Position numbers and translations under genes: made by a program. DNA of 64,000 nt, taken from the IMG/VR virus record IMGVR_UViG_2939127364_000001. The stretch is one strand, 5' to 3'. The number at the start of each line of letters is the position of its first letter. Positions within the stretch are counted from its first letter, which is position 1. Source of the stretch: a virus (taxonomy: Duplodnaviria; Heunggongvirae; Uroviricota; Caudoviricetes). Below the pieces are notes generated by a model. That model was not told where the DNA came from, did not search any database, and saw nothing but the letters and a program-made list of their open reading frames with translations. This document shows positions 10,207 to 19,849 of the stretch, one piece after another.

Positions 10207-10541
10207 ATATTCGCCCCTACTTCAAGATGCCCAGGTCTTCCTCGTAGCCCCCAGCGGCGATGAACACTGGACACCTTTAATTTTTGACCTTCAAGGATCA
10301 GTACATCATCAAGTTGTACAGCCGCTTCTAAAGGGACAACTAACACAGCATCAAACAGCTCCAGACTCGCCTTACCACGACTACCAGAGCTATCAGCACG
10401 AACTGACGATTTCTCATTACTCTGTTCGAACTTAACCACGCCGACATTCGTCTTCCTGACGAATTGTAATTGCGCCTCACCGTAAACGTTCTTTGCGCCA
10501 AAGCGGTAGATCGCAATTTCTGTTTGCCATGAAATATTCAT
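10197..10541 (-). CDS. Head-tail joining protein (FII-like?)
   Basis: Internal ATG at 10541 with GGGAGAG RBS; small ORF between head and tail modules. Confidence 0.3.
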   Translation of the reverse strand: MNISWQTEIAIYRFGAKNVYGEAQLQFVRKTNVGVVKFEQSNEKSSVRADSSGSRGKASLELFDAVLVVPLEAAVQLDDVLILEGQKLKVSSVHRRWGLRGRPGHLEVGANIWV

Positions 10542-10620
10542 GCTCTCTCCCTGTTGTTGTCGGTCGCTCTCATTACTGGCCAAAAACCCTTTAGACCAAA
10601 AGTAAATAATGCGACTGGCG

Positions 10621-11454
10621 TTACGCACGGCGAACAATCATACGGTTGTTGATGTAACTGACCAGCAAGCGCCAGGTGCTACGAGCCACATGCACGTTTG
10701 CAGCTTTACCGGTACGGTACATGTTGGTTGTTTCACCGATTGACTCTGACAAAATGCCATCCTCTCGTGCTGCGGCAACATCATTGCCATTTGCGATCTC
10801 ACACGCTTCGTTGACAACGGCAAGCATCAACGCTTCTTTGAAGTAGTCAGGGAACTCTTCAAACTTCTCCTGCGTCATCTTTTCCCAATCGACTAAATCA
10901 TGCCGGTACGCTCCATCTGCTCCCCACGGAATGTCATACACATTCAGCATATTTTGAGGGCGATCGTATCGGTCAAAGTCGATACGTAGAATTTTGCGGA
11001 TTGAGAACGGTAAAGTTTTAATTCGTCTGGTAGCCTCAATGAGACGCTTGCGCATTAAGCCTTCACCATCCGACAGCAAAGTGTCCCCATTCAGCATATC
11101 GATCGCCTGCATTTGAGCATCAGCGACAGTTGCAAACGACTGTTCTGGTATCGACAGTTCAAAACTATTCAGCAGAACATACATTTGCCGCTCTTCATGC
11201 GTCAGACCCGATGCAACAGCCTTCACAATGACGTACCGCAGATCGCGTTCTTTCTCAGAGAGCTGGTTATATTCAGCCGACACGACAACCGGAATCGACA
11301 TTTGACCGCTGGTAATTTCTAGCGGCTCGCCATCAACGAGAATAGCCCCGGTGCTGTCCTTTACTGTGTAGGTAGCAGATTCGATATCCAGCACGTTGAA
11401 GGCAAATGAAAGGGAAACAGCTTCACCGCTACGATACGAGTCGATCTGCGCCAT
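10621..11454 (-). CDS. Hypothetical virion morphogenesis protein
   Basis: 277 aa ORF in the structural operon; start codon overlaps stop of the upstream gene (TAATG). Confidence 0.35.
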   Translation of the reverse strand: MAQIDSYRSGEAVSLSFAFNVLDIESATYTVKDSTGAILVDGEPLEITSGQMSIPVVVSAEYNQLSEKERDLRYVIVKAVASGLTHEERQMYVLLNSFELSIPEQSFATVADAQMQAIDMLNGDTLLSDGEGLMRKRLIEATRRIKTLPFSIRKILRIDFDRYDRPQNMLNVYDIPWGADGAYRHDLVDWEKMTQEKFEEFPDYFKEALMLAVVNEACEIANGNDVAAAREDGILSESIGETTNMYRTGKAANVHVARSTWRLLVSYINNRMIVRRA

Positions 11455-11888
11455 TACTCACCGCCTTGTGCTTTCAGGATGCCTTCAATCATCTCGACAA
11501 TTCCTTTCGCTTTGACACCAACCTGATTACCAATCACACGTAGACCGGCAATGCCTTCATTGTCTGCAATTGACTCCAACTCTTCTCGTGTGAAAGTCTG
11601 GATCTGTTTGGCCGGTTCATCTGGTGTCCCACGTTTCATTGGCACAATGTCAGGTGCTGCTGGCTCGGTAATCAGGTCTGCGGTCAACTCGCCACGATCA
11701 CTGTATGCGGCAGACGGAGAAACATTTTTGCCCTCGACTGTTGATGCTCGCATTGAGGCACAAATCCTTTGCTGATCGATAAAAGGCAACTCCGCTACGG
11801 ACACCCCGTTCTCGAACTGAACGCCGCACAACATTCCCGAATAACCGGAAAATTGCGGTTCTAATAAAACAATTTTTGCTGGTTTCAT
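11454..11888 (-). CDS. Hypothetical structural-module protein
   Basis: 144 aa ORF, translationally coupled to the downstream gene. Confidence 0.35.
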   Translation of the reverse strand: MKPAKIVLLEPQFSGYSGMLCGVQFENGVSVAELPFIDQQRICASMRASTVEGKNVSPSAAYSDRGELTADLITEPAAPDIVPMKRGTPDEPAKQIQTFTREELESIADNEGIAGLRVIGNQVGVKAKGIVEMIEGILKAQGGE

Positions 11889-11932
11889 AACGCATTCTCT
11901 CTACATGGGCGGCTTTCGCCGCCCAATATTGA

Positions 11933-12853
11933 TTATTCCTGTGCAGCAGTGACTTCTACGGTCGCTGTCGCTTTGTGGCTACCATCTTGGGTAGTAACCT
12001 CGATTGTGGCAGTACCAGCCGCAACGCCAGTTACAACACCGGTTTCGCTATCCACCGTTGCAAACTCGGTATTTTTGGATTCCCAAGTAACGGTTTTATT
12101 TGTTGCTCCTGCCGGCTCGACATTTGCGGTCAGCTGAACAGTTTTGTTTGCCTCAACGGTTGTGCTATTTGGGTCGATTTCGACGCCGGTAACAGCCACA
12201 ACAGGCGCAGTTACTTCCACCGTTGCAGTTCCCTTTTTGCTGCCATCTTGGGAAACGATCTCAATCGTCGCAGTGCCAACTTCTACACCAGTAACGTTCC
12301 CGCTCTGGTCCACCGTTGCCTTGTCTTCATTTTTGGAAGACCAGGTAACTGCCTTATTCGTCGCATTTGACGGCTGAACATTCGCTTTCAGACTGACTGA
12401 TTTCCCTTTCTCAACAGAGGTTGAGTCTGGCGTTACCGTTACGGATTGAACGGCTACCGGATTTACGGTGACTTCCACTGACGCGGAAAGCTGGGTCTCC
12501 TGATCAGTTGCGGTAATTTTCACTTTGCCTGGTGCTACGCCAGTTACTAATCCAGTGCCGTTGACGGTTGCAATTTGATCATTGGCTGACTTCCAGGTGA
12601 ATGAACTGGCACTCTTACCCATAGTAATACCTGCACTAAGTTGAACAGTTTTCCCAACCAAAACTGATGGTGAAGCCGGAGTTATGTTTACGGATTGGGA
12701 GAAGGGAACCGCCTGCAAACAAGCAGATAGCTGACTTTGTTGCCGCTCGGTTAAAGGTTCATCGGAGATAGAATTGGTAAATCCGGCGCGGCACATATGC
12801 CCCGTAAAATCCGAAAATGCCTCTTCCGTAATCTTCATCTTTTGTTCTGGCAT
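11933..12853 (-). CDS. Ig-like (Big_2) repeat protein, probable head decoration or fibre protein
   Basis: Three tandem about 90-aa Big_2-like repeats (VTVTPDSTSVEKGKSVSLKANVQPSNATNKAVTWSS..., VTGVEIDPNSTTVEANKTVQLTANVEPAGATNKTVTWES...); AGGAG RBS. Confidence 0.6.
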   Translation of the reverse strand: MPEQKMKITEEAFSDFTGHMCRAGFTNSISDEPLTERQQSQLSACLQAVPFSQSVNITPASPSVLVGKTVQLSAGITMGKSASSFTWKSANDQIATVNGTGLVTGVAPGKVKITATDQETQLSASVEVTVNPVAVQSVTVTPDSTSVEKGKSVSLKANVQPSNATNKAVTWSSKNEDKATVDQSGNVTGVEVGTATIEIVSQDGSKKGTATVEVTAPVVAVTGVEIDPNSTTVEANKTVQLTANVEPAGATNKTVTWESKNTEFATVDSETGVVTGVAAGTATIEVTTQDGSHKATATVEVTAAQE

Positions 12854-12860
12854 TTCTCGC

Positions 12861-12894
12861 TCCTACAAAAAGGGTGGGCGTATAGCCCACCCTT
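12861..12894 (-). terminator. Intrinsic terminator / attenuator after the capsid gene
   Basis: Perfect 10-bp stem AAGGGTGGGC/GCCCACCCTT with 5-nt loop, followed on the minus strand by TTTTTGTAGGAG, which also carries the RBS of the next gene. Confidence 0.6.
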
Positions 12895-12926
12895 TAACAT
12901 AGATAATTACTTATCTACTGCACTGA

Positions 12927-13802
12927 TTAAATTTTTACATTGGTCAGTGCAGCGATAGCCTTATCGTGCTTATTCGCCAGAGAGCAGTACCACTTCACAC
13001 GGGTACGTACTGCGTCTTTGTTCTGTACAGTGCCAATGTTTTCAACAACGATACCTGCGTTGTCGCCGCCATACAGACCAGTAACGCCGTTCTCTTCTGA
13101 CAGATGCAGGCAGTAGATGCTTGCTTTGCCAGAATCGGTCGGGATGAAGTCGTTGATGATGAACGGAACGCCGTTATGACACAGCATCGGACGACCGAAG
13201 TTCTCCATCATGATTTCAGACGGGCCTACGTTTACTGTACGCAGCAGCGCACGGTAAGCACGCAGGTGCTCTGAACGCATCATGATGCAGTCAGCACCAA
13301 GATCTTTCACCGCATCGACCAGTTCGTCGAACATAGAGAAAGTCATAGATGCACCGGCGATATCGATCTTCTGATCTGCGTGCATCAGGCGTGGAATGCC
13401 GTCAAACGCCTTGTTGTTGGAGCTGGAGTCACCCAAAATCAGGTTGCGACGGAACGCACGAGCCAGACCTTTAACTTTCTGACGAACCTGAATAGCCAAC
13501 TGGTTGTTGGTGTCGGCCATAGTGGTCGCCAGGAATTTATCAACGTCTACGTCACCAGCCAGAATACGCAGTTTCGCAACGCATTCTTCGAAGGTTGCTG
13601 CACCTTCAGGGATGGTGTCGTTAACGTCGATGAAGGTAGCTTCACTCAGCGTTTTTTCACGGTTGTACAGATATGCCTTTGAATTAATTTTCATAAAAGG
13701 CAGGATGGCAAACAGGTCATCGCGATCAATGATAGTTTCGATCACACCCTGTTCGAGTTCGTTGTTAGACAGCTTTTCAGCTTCTTCACGCAGTAATGGC
13801 AT
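12927..13802 (-). CDS. Major capsid protein (putative)
   Basis: 291 aa ORF between scaffold-like and decoration genes, followed by a strong hairpin terminator; assignment by gene order. Confidence 0.5.
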   Translation of the reverse strand: MPLLREEAEKLSNNELEQGVIETIIDRDDLFAILPFMKINSKAYLYNREKTLSEATFIDVNDTIPEGAATFEECVAKLRILAGDVDVDKFLATTMADTNNQLAIQVRQKVKGLARAFRRNLILGDSSSNNKAFDGIPRLMHADQKIDIAGASMTFSMFDELVDAVKDLGADCIMMRSEHLRAYRALLRTVNVGPSEIMMENFGRPMLCHNGVPFIINDFIPTDSGKASIYCLHLSEENGVTGLYGGDNAGIVVENIGTVQNKDAVRTRVKWYCSLANKHDKAIAALTNVKI

Positions 13803-13827
13803 CTATCAATTCCCTTTGATTTAGATG

Positions 13828-14715
13828 TTACTTAAGTCCAATTTTCCCCAGACCGGAGGCCAACTTATCCATAGTCGACTTGTTCTTCGGTTGGGATATT
13901 GTGTAGGTCGATTTGGAATGTGAGCCTACACCCTGCTTGGCTTCGCTACGCATCAATGCGTCAGCTTCCGGATCTGCCCGCACAATGCGTTCAATCGCGG
14001 ATTCAAACGGCAACGGCTTACCTTCACCGTCAACCAGAACAGTTCGTTCTTTATGACCTGCCGGTTTGTCATAACCCACTACGCTACCGTCTTCACCCAC
14101 TTCAAAATGAGAACCGTAGATCACGCGGGCTTTTGCCGGAGTCATCAGAACTTTGTCACGTAGGAAGAGAGAGTTACTGAAGGAAGCGCCCACGGTCATC
14201 TCGACTAATTGAGATTTCAGTGATGCGTTTTCACTTTCCAGTGCTGCATAACGTTCGTCACGCTGTGCCAGCTCTGCCTGGTGTGCTTCGATCATCTGTT
14301 TTTTAACAGCATCGAACTCACCACGACGCTCCAGTTCAGCTTGCTCCGCCTCACGACGTGCGTTTTCTGCGGCCTGTTCAGCTTCTAAAAGCTGGCGAGC
14401 ACGCGCCGGGTCGATGTCACCGTACTGAGCAAGCTGATCGGTCAATGTGCGCTCTTTCTCTTTGCGCTTCATGTTCTCTTTCAGCAGTTCAGCACCAGCT
14501 TTCTTGGTTTTGCGAAGTTCGGCCAGTAACTCTTCATGAGTCATGCCAGCGTATTCGTCATCACCCTTCGGCTGCTCTTTTTGTTCACCCTGTTTGTCAG
14601 GATCTTGTGTACTCTGCTCATTATCAGCAGCTACACCGCCAGCGCCTCCACGCTCATGCGCTTCAGCAACATCCATCAGACCACGACGGGCCAAAAGCAT
14701 TTGCCACAGTTGCAT
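13828..14715 (-). CDS. Scaffolding protein (putative)
   Basis: 295 aa, highly charged with a long coiled-coil-like Glu/Ala/Arg-rich segment; lies between portal and capsid genes. Confidence 0.45.
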   Translation of the reverse strand: MQLWQMLLARRGLMDVAEAHERGGAGGVAADNEQSTQDPDKQGEQKEQPKGDDEYAGMTHEELLAELRKTKKAGAELLKENMKRKEKERTLTDQLAQYGDIDPARARQLLEAEQAAENARREAEQAELERRGEFDAVKKQMIEAHQAELAQRDERYAALESENASLKSQLVEMTVGASFSNSLFLRDKVLMTPAKARVIYGSHFEVGEDGSVVGYDKPAGHKERTVLVDGEGKPLPFESAIERIVRADPEADALMRSEAKQGVGSHSKSTYTISQPKNKSTMDKLASGLGKIGLK

Positions 14716-14736
14716 AAAAATTCCCTTTGTTACTTA

Positions 14737-16311
14737 TCACTCGTTCTCTTGAGTAGATGAGTCCCCATTCCCTCGGGGTTGATCTTGCCCGCTTTCTTGG
14801 GCTGCACCTTGATCATAAGTAAGCACTGACTTATTTTCAAGGGTATTTAGATCATTTTTTGGCGGAAAATTCAAGAGATCTTTATCAAATTCCTTTTTCA
14901 TCGCCTCAGTAATGTTCGGGAAAATCTTCTCAATAAGCATTTCCATCTGGTGACGACGTACAGAGTCCGGTGCCTGAAGTAATGACAGTTTCTCGGCAAC
15001 AGAAAATTCATCTGTAAGGCCACGAATATCGAAACTTTCTGGATACGCAATTAAAGAGTGGTCTTCGTCCAGATCTGCCCCCATCCATTTCGCAACCAGT
15101 AGCATGATTTGGCGTTCAGCCCTTTCCAGACGCTCTGCTTTTGTGACAAGCAAGCTATTTACACGCTGGAAGTCATACATTTTTGCGGCACCAGATGAAT
15201 TATCGATTCCCTGTGCGTTGTCCTGCTTCGTTCGCTCACCAGCTACACCAACTGAATGGTAGATTTCGTTAATCACCGTCTTAATCGTAGTGATGATCAT
15301 CTGAGCTTGTTTCGGGTCTGGTGACAGATAAAACGGCTGGTTTCCACCTTCAGAATCGTAGGTGAAGACTCGCTTTGTGCCCATTTCAAGCACTTTAGTG
15401 TGGTTTTCATCACCAGGTAAAAGCGACTGTACCGGTATAGCCAACTGGCTAAATGTCTGATCCTGAATAATGGCATCAAGGTTTGACAGATAGTTTGCAA
15501 CCGCACGATCAAGATAAGCGATATCATCGATCAACGATGGGCTGAAATACGGTGATTCACTTTCTCCAATACAATCAACAGGAAACACAGGAACTACGCC
15601 GAGATTATGCTCACCGCTATCCTCTAAAATAACTTTTGCCTGACGGCGACCTGCTCCACCAGCGCCCTTCTTCACTTCCTCACGGAACAGATACCACTCG
15701 TTTTGTGTCCACAGACGATAACGTTGGTATTCCTGACCTGTAGAAGTAAAAGGATCTGCGTCATCACGAGCGACTTCCACAATTAACGCCCACAACATAT
15801 TCCCGTCGTCGTCCCATGCCACATCCAGCATTTGCTGAGGTGAAATCCAGTAGGCGTAGGCGCGAGCATCTTTCTTTTTCTCGTCAGCTACTGACTCAAC
15901 ATCACCACTCATCGTGCTATCGACAACAACCCATATGCGACCGTAAATAGACGACTGCAAATCAATAGCGGCCATAAATGAGTCAATAGAGGCATTCTGG
16001 CGAGTCGCACGTTTCCAGAAATTGCGGATCTGCTCTGGTGCCTCTTCGATATTTCTATGAATGTCTTCTTTAAAGAGATATTTGTTGATGAGGTTTACCA
16101 CCTCACGAGTGTGGTTGAAGCGATAAGCACGTTCAACTCGCTCCTTAAACTCCTGATCTCCCTCTTTAAAGTAACGAAAGATATTGTCTGTAAACCAACC
16201 ACGCCCGCCAGCGTAAGTGCTGGCGAGGAAGTCCCAATGTTCTTTTTTCTTTTCGTATTCCGGGTGGCGTCGCGCCACCAGATCCTTAATTTGTTTGTCG
16301 TTCAATTCCAT
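14737..16311 (-). CDS. Portal protein
   Basis: 524 aa ORF immediately downstream of the terminase large subunit, acidic C-terminus. Confidence 0.6.
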   Translation of the reverse strand: MELNDKQIKDLVARRHPEYEKKKEHWDFLASTYAGGRGWFTDNIFRYFKEGDQEFKERVERAYRFNHTREVVNLINKYLFKEDIHRNIEEAPEQIRNFWKRATRQNASIDSFMAAIDLQSSIYGRIWVVVDSTMSGDVESVADEKKKDARAYAYWISPQQMLDVAWDDDGNMLWALIVEVARDDADPFTSTGQEYQRYRLWTQNEWYLFREEVKKGAGGAGRRQAKVILEDSGEHNLGVVPVFPVDCIGESESPYFSPSLIDDIAYLDRAVANYLSNLDAIIQDQTFSQLAIPVQSLLPGDENHTKVLEMGTKRVFTYDSEGGNQPFYLSPDPKQAQMIITTIKTVINEIYHSVGVAGERTKQDNAQGIDNSSGAAKMYDFQRVNSLLVTKAERLERAERQIMLLVAKWMGADLDEDHSLIAYPESFDIRGLTDEFSVAEKLSLLQAPDSVRRHQMEMLIEKIFPNITEAMKKEFDKDLLNFPPKNDLNTLENKSVLTYDQGAAQESGQDQPRGNGDSSTQENE

Positions 16312-16337
16312 TTGAATAACCTTAGATAATTACTTAC

Positions 16338-17594
16338 CTATCGAGAACCACCAAGAATAACACGGTTTTTGACTGGATACCTACGATGTACTGGATAGCC
16401 CAATGCGTCTGCACTATGCTCAATGCCACCTGTCTTATCCATATCTCGTGTTCCAGGCTTGTAGATGACTTTTTCCAGTGAATCAATCAAATGCTTGCAC
16501 TTCGGATCGATATACAGCCGGATATCTCCAGATGCGGTCATCAGCATTCGGTTAACAGCATTAACACGATCCGCAATTGGCGGGTGCTTTTTCGAATAAT
16601 CGACACGTAAGAATCCCTTCTCTTTGAATATGTCGACGTCAGACTCCCCGCGAGCATGTTGGCGATAAGCACCTGCCGGATCTGGAAATACCGTTATCTG
16701 TGATTTCCAGCGCCAGAAGCGTCTCTCAAGCTCATCACAAACCTCTGCCGTGTTAGAGGAAAAGAGCACCAATTCATCAATTGCCCATAGCTCACCATTT
16801 GGCTGAGGTTGCAAAATTACTGAAGACATCGGGTCAATGTTGAAGTCCTGCCCTACCCATATAGGCAACCGAGGGTTGAACTGAAGCGGTTTTACATGCA
16901 CGTTACGATCGAACGGGTAGTAAACGCGCCCGGACATGTTCTCAAAGCTCGCCAGGTACTCCTGAGCGAACGATTTCGGGTCCATATCGTTCTTAGCAGC
17001 TTCAATTTCCGCCGTAGGTACAAACGGAGAATCGGCAGTTACAAACTGCCAGCTCTTCCACTGTCCCTTTCTTTGCAGCTCTACGTTCTGGCCTATCGTC
17101 CACAGTTTGTGAAATTCCGAGAAGCCTTTTGGCGTACCAATGATCAGTGCACCGCCGCGTGTCGATGAAAGAGTAGGTCGTAACACCTTGTACCAGGTGT
17201 CAGCCTTCATATCCTGAAATTCATCAAGCACTACAAAATGCAACGCTACGCCGCGCAGAGTGTCAGGCTTATCAGCACCTTTGAGGGCGATCTCCGAACC
17301 GTTCTTCAACACGATTGTCATCGTGGTGTCGTTCTTTTTCCTAACCCACTTACGAGGCAGAACTTCCTGTAGATCGTCCCACAAAATCTGGCGAGCCATC
17401 TGGTAAGTAGGAGCGACATACCAGACCCTTTGCTTTTTTTCCTTTGCCGCCGCACGAATAATAGTGGAGATCGACAACCGGGATTTTCCCCAGCGTCGAC
17501 CAGCACAAACAACTTTAAATCGATGCGGAGACTGGAAGACTTTCATCTGTCCAGAATGCAGTTGCACAAGACTGAGCGAGGACGGGATTGCCAT
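16338..17594 (-). CDS. Terminase large subunit
   Basis: Walker A-like VVCAGRRWGKS, Walker B-like HFVVLDEF, C-terminal nuclease-like half with conserved acidic residues. Confidence 0.75.
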   Translation of the reverse strand: MAIPSSLSLVQLHSGQMKVFQSPHRFKVVCAGRRWGKSRLSISTIIRAAAKEKKQRVWYVAPTYQMARQILWDDLQEVLPRKWVRKKNDTTMTIVLKNGSEIALKGADKPDTLRGVALHFVVLDEFQDMKADTWYKVLRPTLSSTRGGALIIGTPKGFSEFHKLWTIGQNVELQRKGQWKSWQFVTADSPFVPTAEIEAAKNDMDPKSFAQEYLASFENMSGRVYYPFDRNVHVKPLQFNPRLPIWVGQDFNIDPMSSVILQPQPNGELWAIDELVLFSSNTAEVCDELERRFWRWKSQITVFPDPAGAYRQHARGESDVDIFKEKGFLRVDYSKKHPPIADRVNAVNRMLMTASGDIRLYIDPKCKHLIDSLEKVIYKPGTRDMDKTGGIEHSADALGYPVHRRYPVKNRVILGGSR

Positions 17595-18226
17595 TATTCG
17601 TCCTCCCCTTCACTTCCATCATCTGTCGCATCAAATTCGCTTAGAGCTTCTTCTTCCAACGTCTCAAGCAATTCGTCATCGATGATTTCAGGCTCGTCGT
17701 CTTCCTGACGTAATTTCGCCACCTGGGAAGGCGTAAGCTCACCAAATACCAGGTTCGGAATTTCTTCCTCGTCATTTTCCGCATGATCCATGCCCAATGC
17801 TTTGGACGAAACTTCAAAGCATTTTGCAAGGGTATTACTGGCTCTCTGTAAGCTCTTGAGAGAATCCTCAATCGCCCCTAAAGGCTTACCCTCACGTTTG
17901 GCCGTAGTGACTTCGACCATCACCATCTGCCCCAACGCATACGCCCAGCCGTCATAACGTGTACGACGTTCTTCTATCTTTTCCGCACGGGCTTTAGCGC
18001 GAAGCTCTGCGTCAGATTTAAGAGACTCACGAACCATCTTCCCAACAGAGTCCGCGCCTTTCTCTAATCCTCGCTTTTTGAAATGTCTGGAGAGTGTTTC
18101 ACGACGAATGCCGTACTCTTCCTCCAGCTTTGAGAGTGTATATTCGCCTGACGTCCATTTGGCTTCAGCTTCGGCCCACTCCGCTGGTGTCAGGCGAGTT
18201 TTTACCTCGTCTTTTTCGACCGTCAT
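17594..18226 (-). CDS. Terminase small subunit (putative)
   Basis: 210 aa, helix-turn-helix-like N-terminus and very acidic C-terminus; stop overlaps TerL start. Confidence 0.45.
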   Translation of the reverse strand: MTVEKDEVKTRLTPAEWAEAEAKWTSGEYTLSKLEEEYGIRRETLSRHFKKRGLEKGADSVGKMVRESLKSDAELRAKARAEKIEERRTRYDGWAYALGQMVMVEVTTAKREGKPLGAIEDSLKSLQRASNTLAKCFEVSSKALGMDHAENDEEEIPNLVFGELTPSQVAKLRQEDDEPEIIDDELLETLEEEALSEFDATDDGSEGEDE

Positions 18227-18265
18227 AGATCCCTCTAAAACACACAGAGCGCGTCCATGCGCTCT

Positions 18266-18308
18266 AAAACAACTTGTTTACTGCATCTGCTAACCAACTT
18301 GTTTTCTA
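18266..18308 (-). promoter_or_regulatory. Two copies of the AAAACAA-N-TTGTTTT palindrome upstream of the terminase small subunit gene
   Basis: AAAACAACTTGTTTACT and AACCAACTTGTTTTCTA, 40-80 nt upstream of the TerS start; a short hairpin AGAGCGC..GCGCTCT lies between them and the ATG. Confidence 0.45.
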
Positions 18309-18321
18309 GGTTGTTTAATTA

Positions 18322-18420
18322 GGTCTGGGCATGTCTTATTAAGCCTGCTTCCGTATATATTTAATAAGTTACTTATTATTTATATATACAGAAGCAGGTC
18401 TTTAAATAAGCTCCCAGACC
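18322..18420. repeat. Long imperfect inverted repeat (about 100 bp), copy 1
   Basis: GGTCTGGG...GCCTGCTTCCGTATATAT..TTAATAAGTTACTTATTATT..ATATATACAGAAGCAGG...CCCAGACC; between the end of the ParB/ABC operon and the TerS promoter region. Confidence 0.6.
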
Positions 18421-18422
18421 GA

Positions 18423-18689
18423 TTACATCACCAGTAACTTCGCTTTGGCTCGACCTAAAGTGGTTAACCCAAGAGTTCGGCGGTGATAGCGATTGTCACT
18501 GCGTTGGCGCGTATGCCCTTTCTCCACCAGCCCCTTTTTTATCAGAGCGCGAATTGAGAACTGGATACTTTGCTTGGTTGTCTTGTACGGCAAAACTTCA
18601 AGCAATTCGTCCAGATCAAGTAAATGACCTCGCTCATAACCGAGATTGAGCGTTTTGATAATGTCCTTTTGTTTATCGGTTAACGTCAT
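18423..18689 (-). CDS. Hypothetical small protein, last gene of the ParB/ABC/GNAT operon
   Basis: 88 aa basic ORF, 10 nt downstream of the GNAT-like gene. Confidence 0.3.
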   Translation of the reverse strand: MTLTDKQKDIIKTLNLGYERGHLLDLDELLEVLPYKTTKQSIQFSIRALIKKGLVEKGHTRQRSDNRYHRRTLGLTTLGRAKAKLLVM

Positions 18690-18698
18690 GGCAAATCC

Positions 18699-19598
18699 TT
18701 ATGCCGGTAAAGCAATTTCTAACGGTTTATCCAAAGGTTGTTTGTCGAATGCCAGCAGTGGCAGCGTGTCAGGCAGCCGACGACCAAAGTCAGGGTTTCG
18801 GTACACACCATACAACGGAGACGTAAAGCTCAGGTTGTGAATGTCCTTGAGCAGCTTCACAATGCTGGCCTCGTCCACCAGACTGTCGGCAATGTCCTGA
18901 ATCGTCGTGCCACGATTCCGCCCAGCTTTTGCCAGGGAACTGTTCTTGTGGTAGTCCGCTACCAGATCACGCAGTGCACGGCGACGACGAGACTCGCTCA
19001 TTGCGAACAACTCTTTGACGATCGCCTCGTTATCACCCGGGTCGGAACGGAAATGGCGCTGGAATACACGCAGTGCACTTTCATAGCTCTTCGGTCGCTC
19101 AGGGCGGATGAACTTAAACCCTGCTTTCATGGCGAAGGGATTGTATTTGCTCATCGAGGACTGGATCTCAATGATTGGCCGGTCGTGCATCCTGCTAACC
19201 AGGTTAATCATTCGATAGGAGACGCCGACACCGCGGTACTGAGTGTCCACAACGGAACGGCTGATCACCGCAAAGTTGTTGTTCACGTACCGCCCCCAAT
19301 ACTGGTTGGCCACGGTGGTATTGGTGGTTGGCTTCAGCTTAGGAAACATGCGATGGCGAGGCGCCAGCAGCAGTTTCGGGTAAGCCATAACCACGACGCC
19401 CACCAGCCGGTCGTCCAGTTCGCAGCGATAATACGTTGGCGCAAACGGCTTACCATCCGTCTTGTAGTGCAGCGACTTCAGCGCGTGCCAGTCTTCAACC
19501 GTGCCTTTGGTAACGGTCATACGCTCCAGAAAGTCCAGATGACGCGGGAACTCTTCCGGGCGGTAGCGTTTGATGATGATGCCTGTCATGTCGATCAC
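18699..19598 (-). CDS. GNAT-like acetyltransferase-domain protein with C-terminal extension
   Basis: LVGVVVMAY strand, QYRGVGVSYRMINLV (R-x-x-G-x-G/A motif A-like) and NPFAMKAGFKF (motif B-like). Confidence 0.45.
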   Translation of the reverse strand: MIDMTGIIIKRYRPEEFPRHLDFLERMTVTKGTVEDWHALKSLHYKTDGKPFAPTYYRCELDDRLVGVVVMAYPKLLLAPRHRMFPKLKPTTNTTVANQYWGRYVNNNFAVISRSVVDTQYRGVGVSYRMINLVSRMHDRPIIEIQSSMSKYNPFAMKAGFKFIRPERPKSYESALRVFQRHFRSDPGDNEAIVKELFAMSESRRRRALRDLVADYHKNSSLAKAGRNRGTTIQDIADSLVDEASIVKLLKDIHNLSFTSPLYGVYRNPDFGRRLPDTLPLLAFDKQPLDKPLEIALPA

Positions 19599-19849
19599 CT
19601 ACGCTCGATATTGGCATTGATGAAGTCCAGGCGAAGCGATTCCATCGCCCCAACCATGACGTATGGACGCCCACCGTTATGCCAGCAATCCAGCACACTG
19701 CCGTCGTTGTTGATCATCAGCAGTGCCAGGCTCTGGCTTTTGCCTTCTCTGGCGTACTGGAGTGCTTCTTCCAGCAGGCGGATGACTTCAACGTTGTTGT
19801 TGTCAGCCTCTTTCGATGGCTTCAGCTCTACGATCTTCAAATCAGGCAT
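19595..19849 (-). CDS. Hypothetical protein
   Basis: 84 aa ORF whose start overlaps the ABC ATPase gene stop and whose stop overlaps the GNAT-like gene start. Confidence 0.3.
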   Translation of the reverse strand: MPDLKIVELKPSKEADNNNVEVIRLLEEALQYAREGKSQSLALLMINNDGSVLDCWHNGGRPYVMVGAMESLRLDFINANIERR

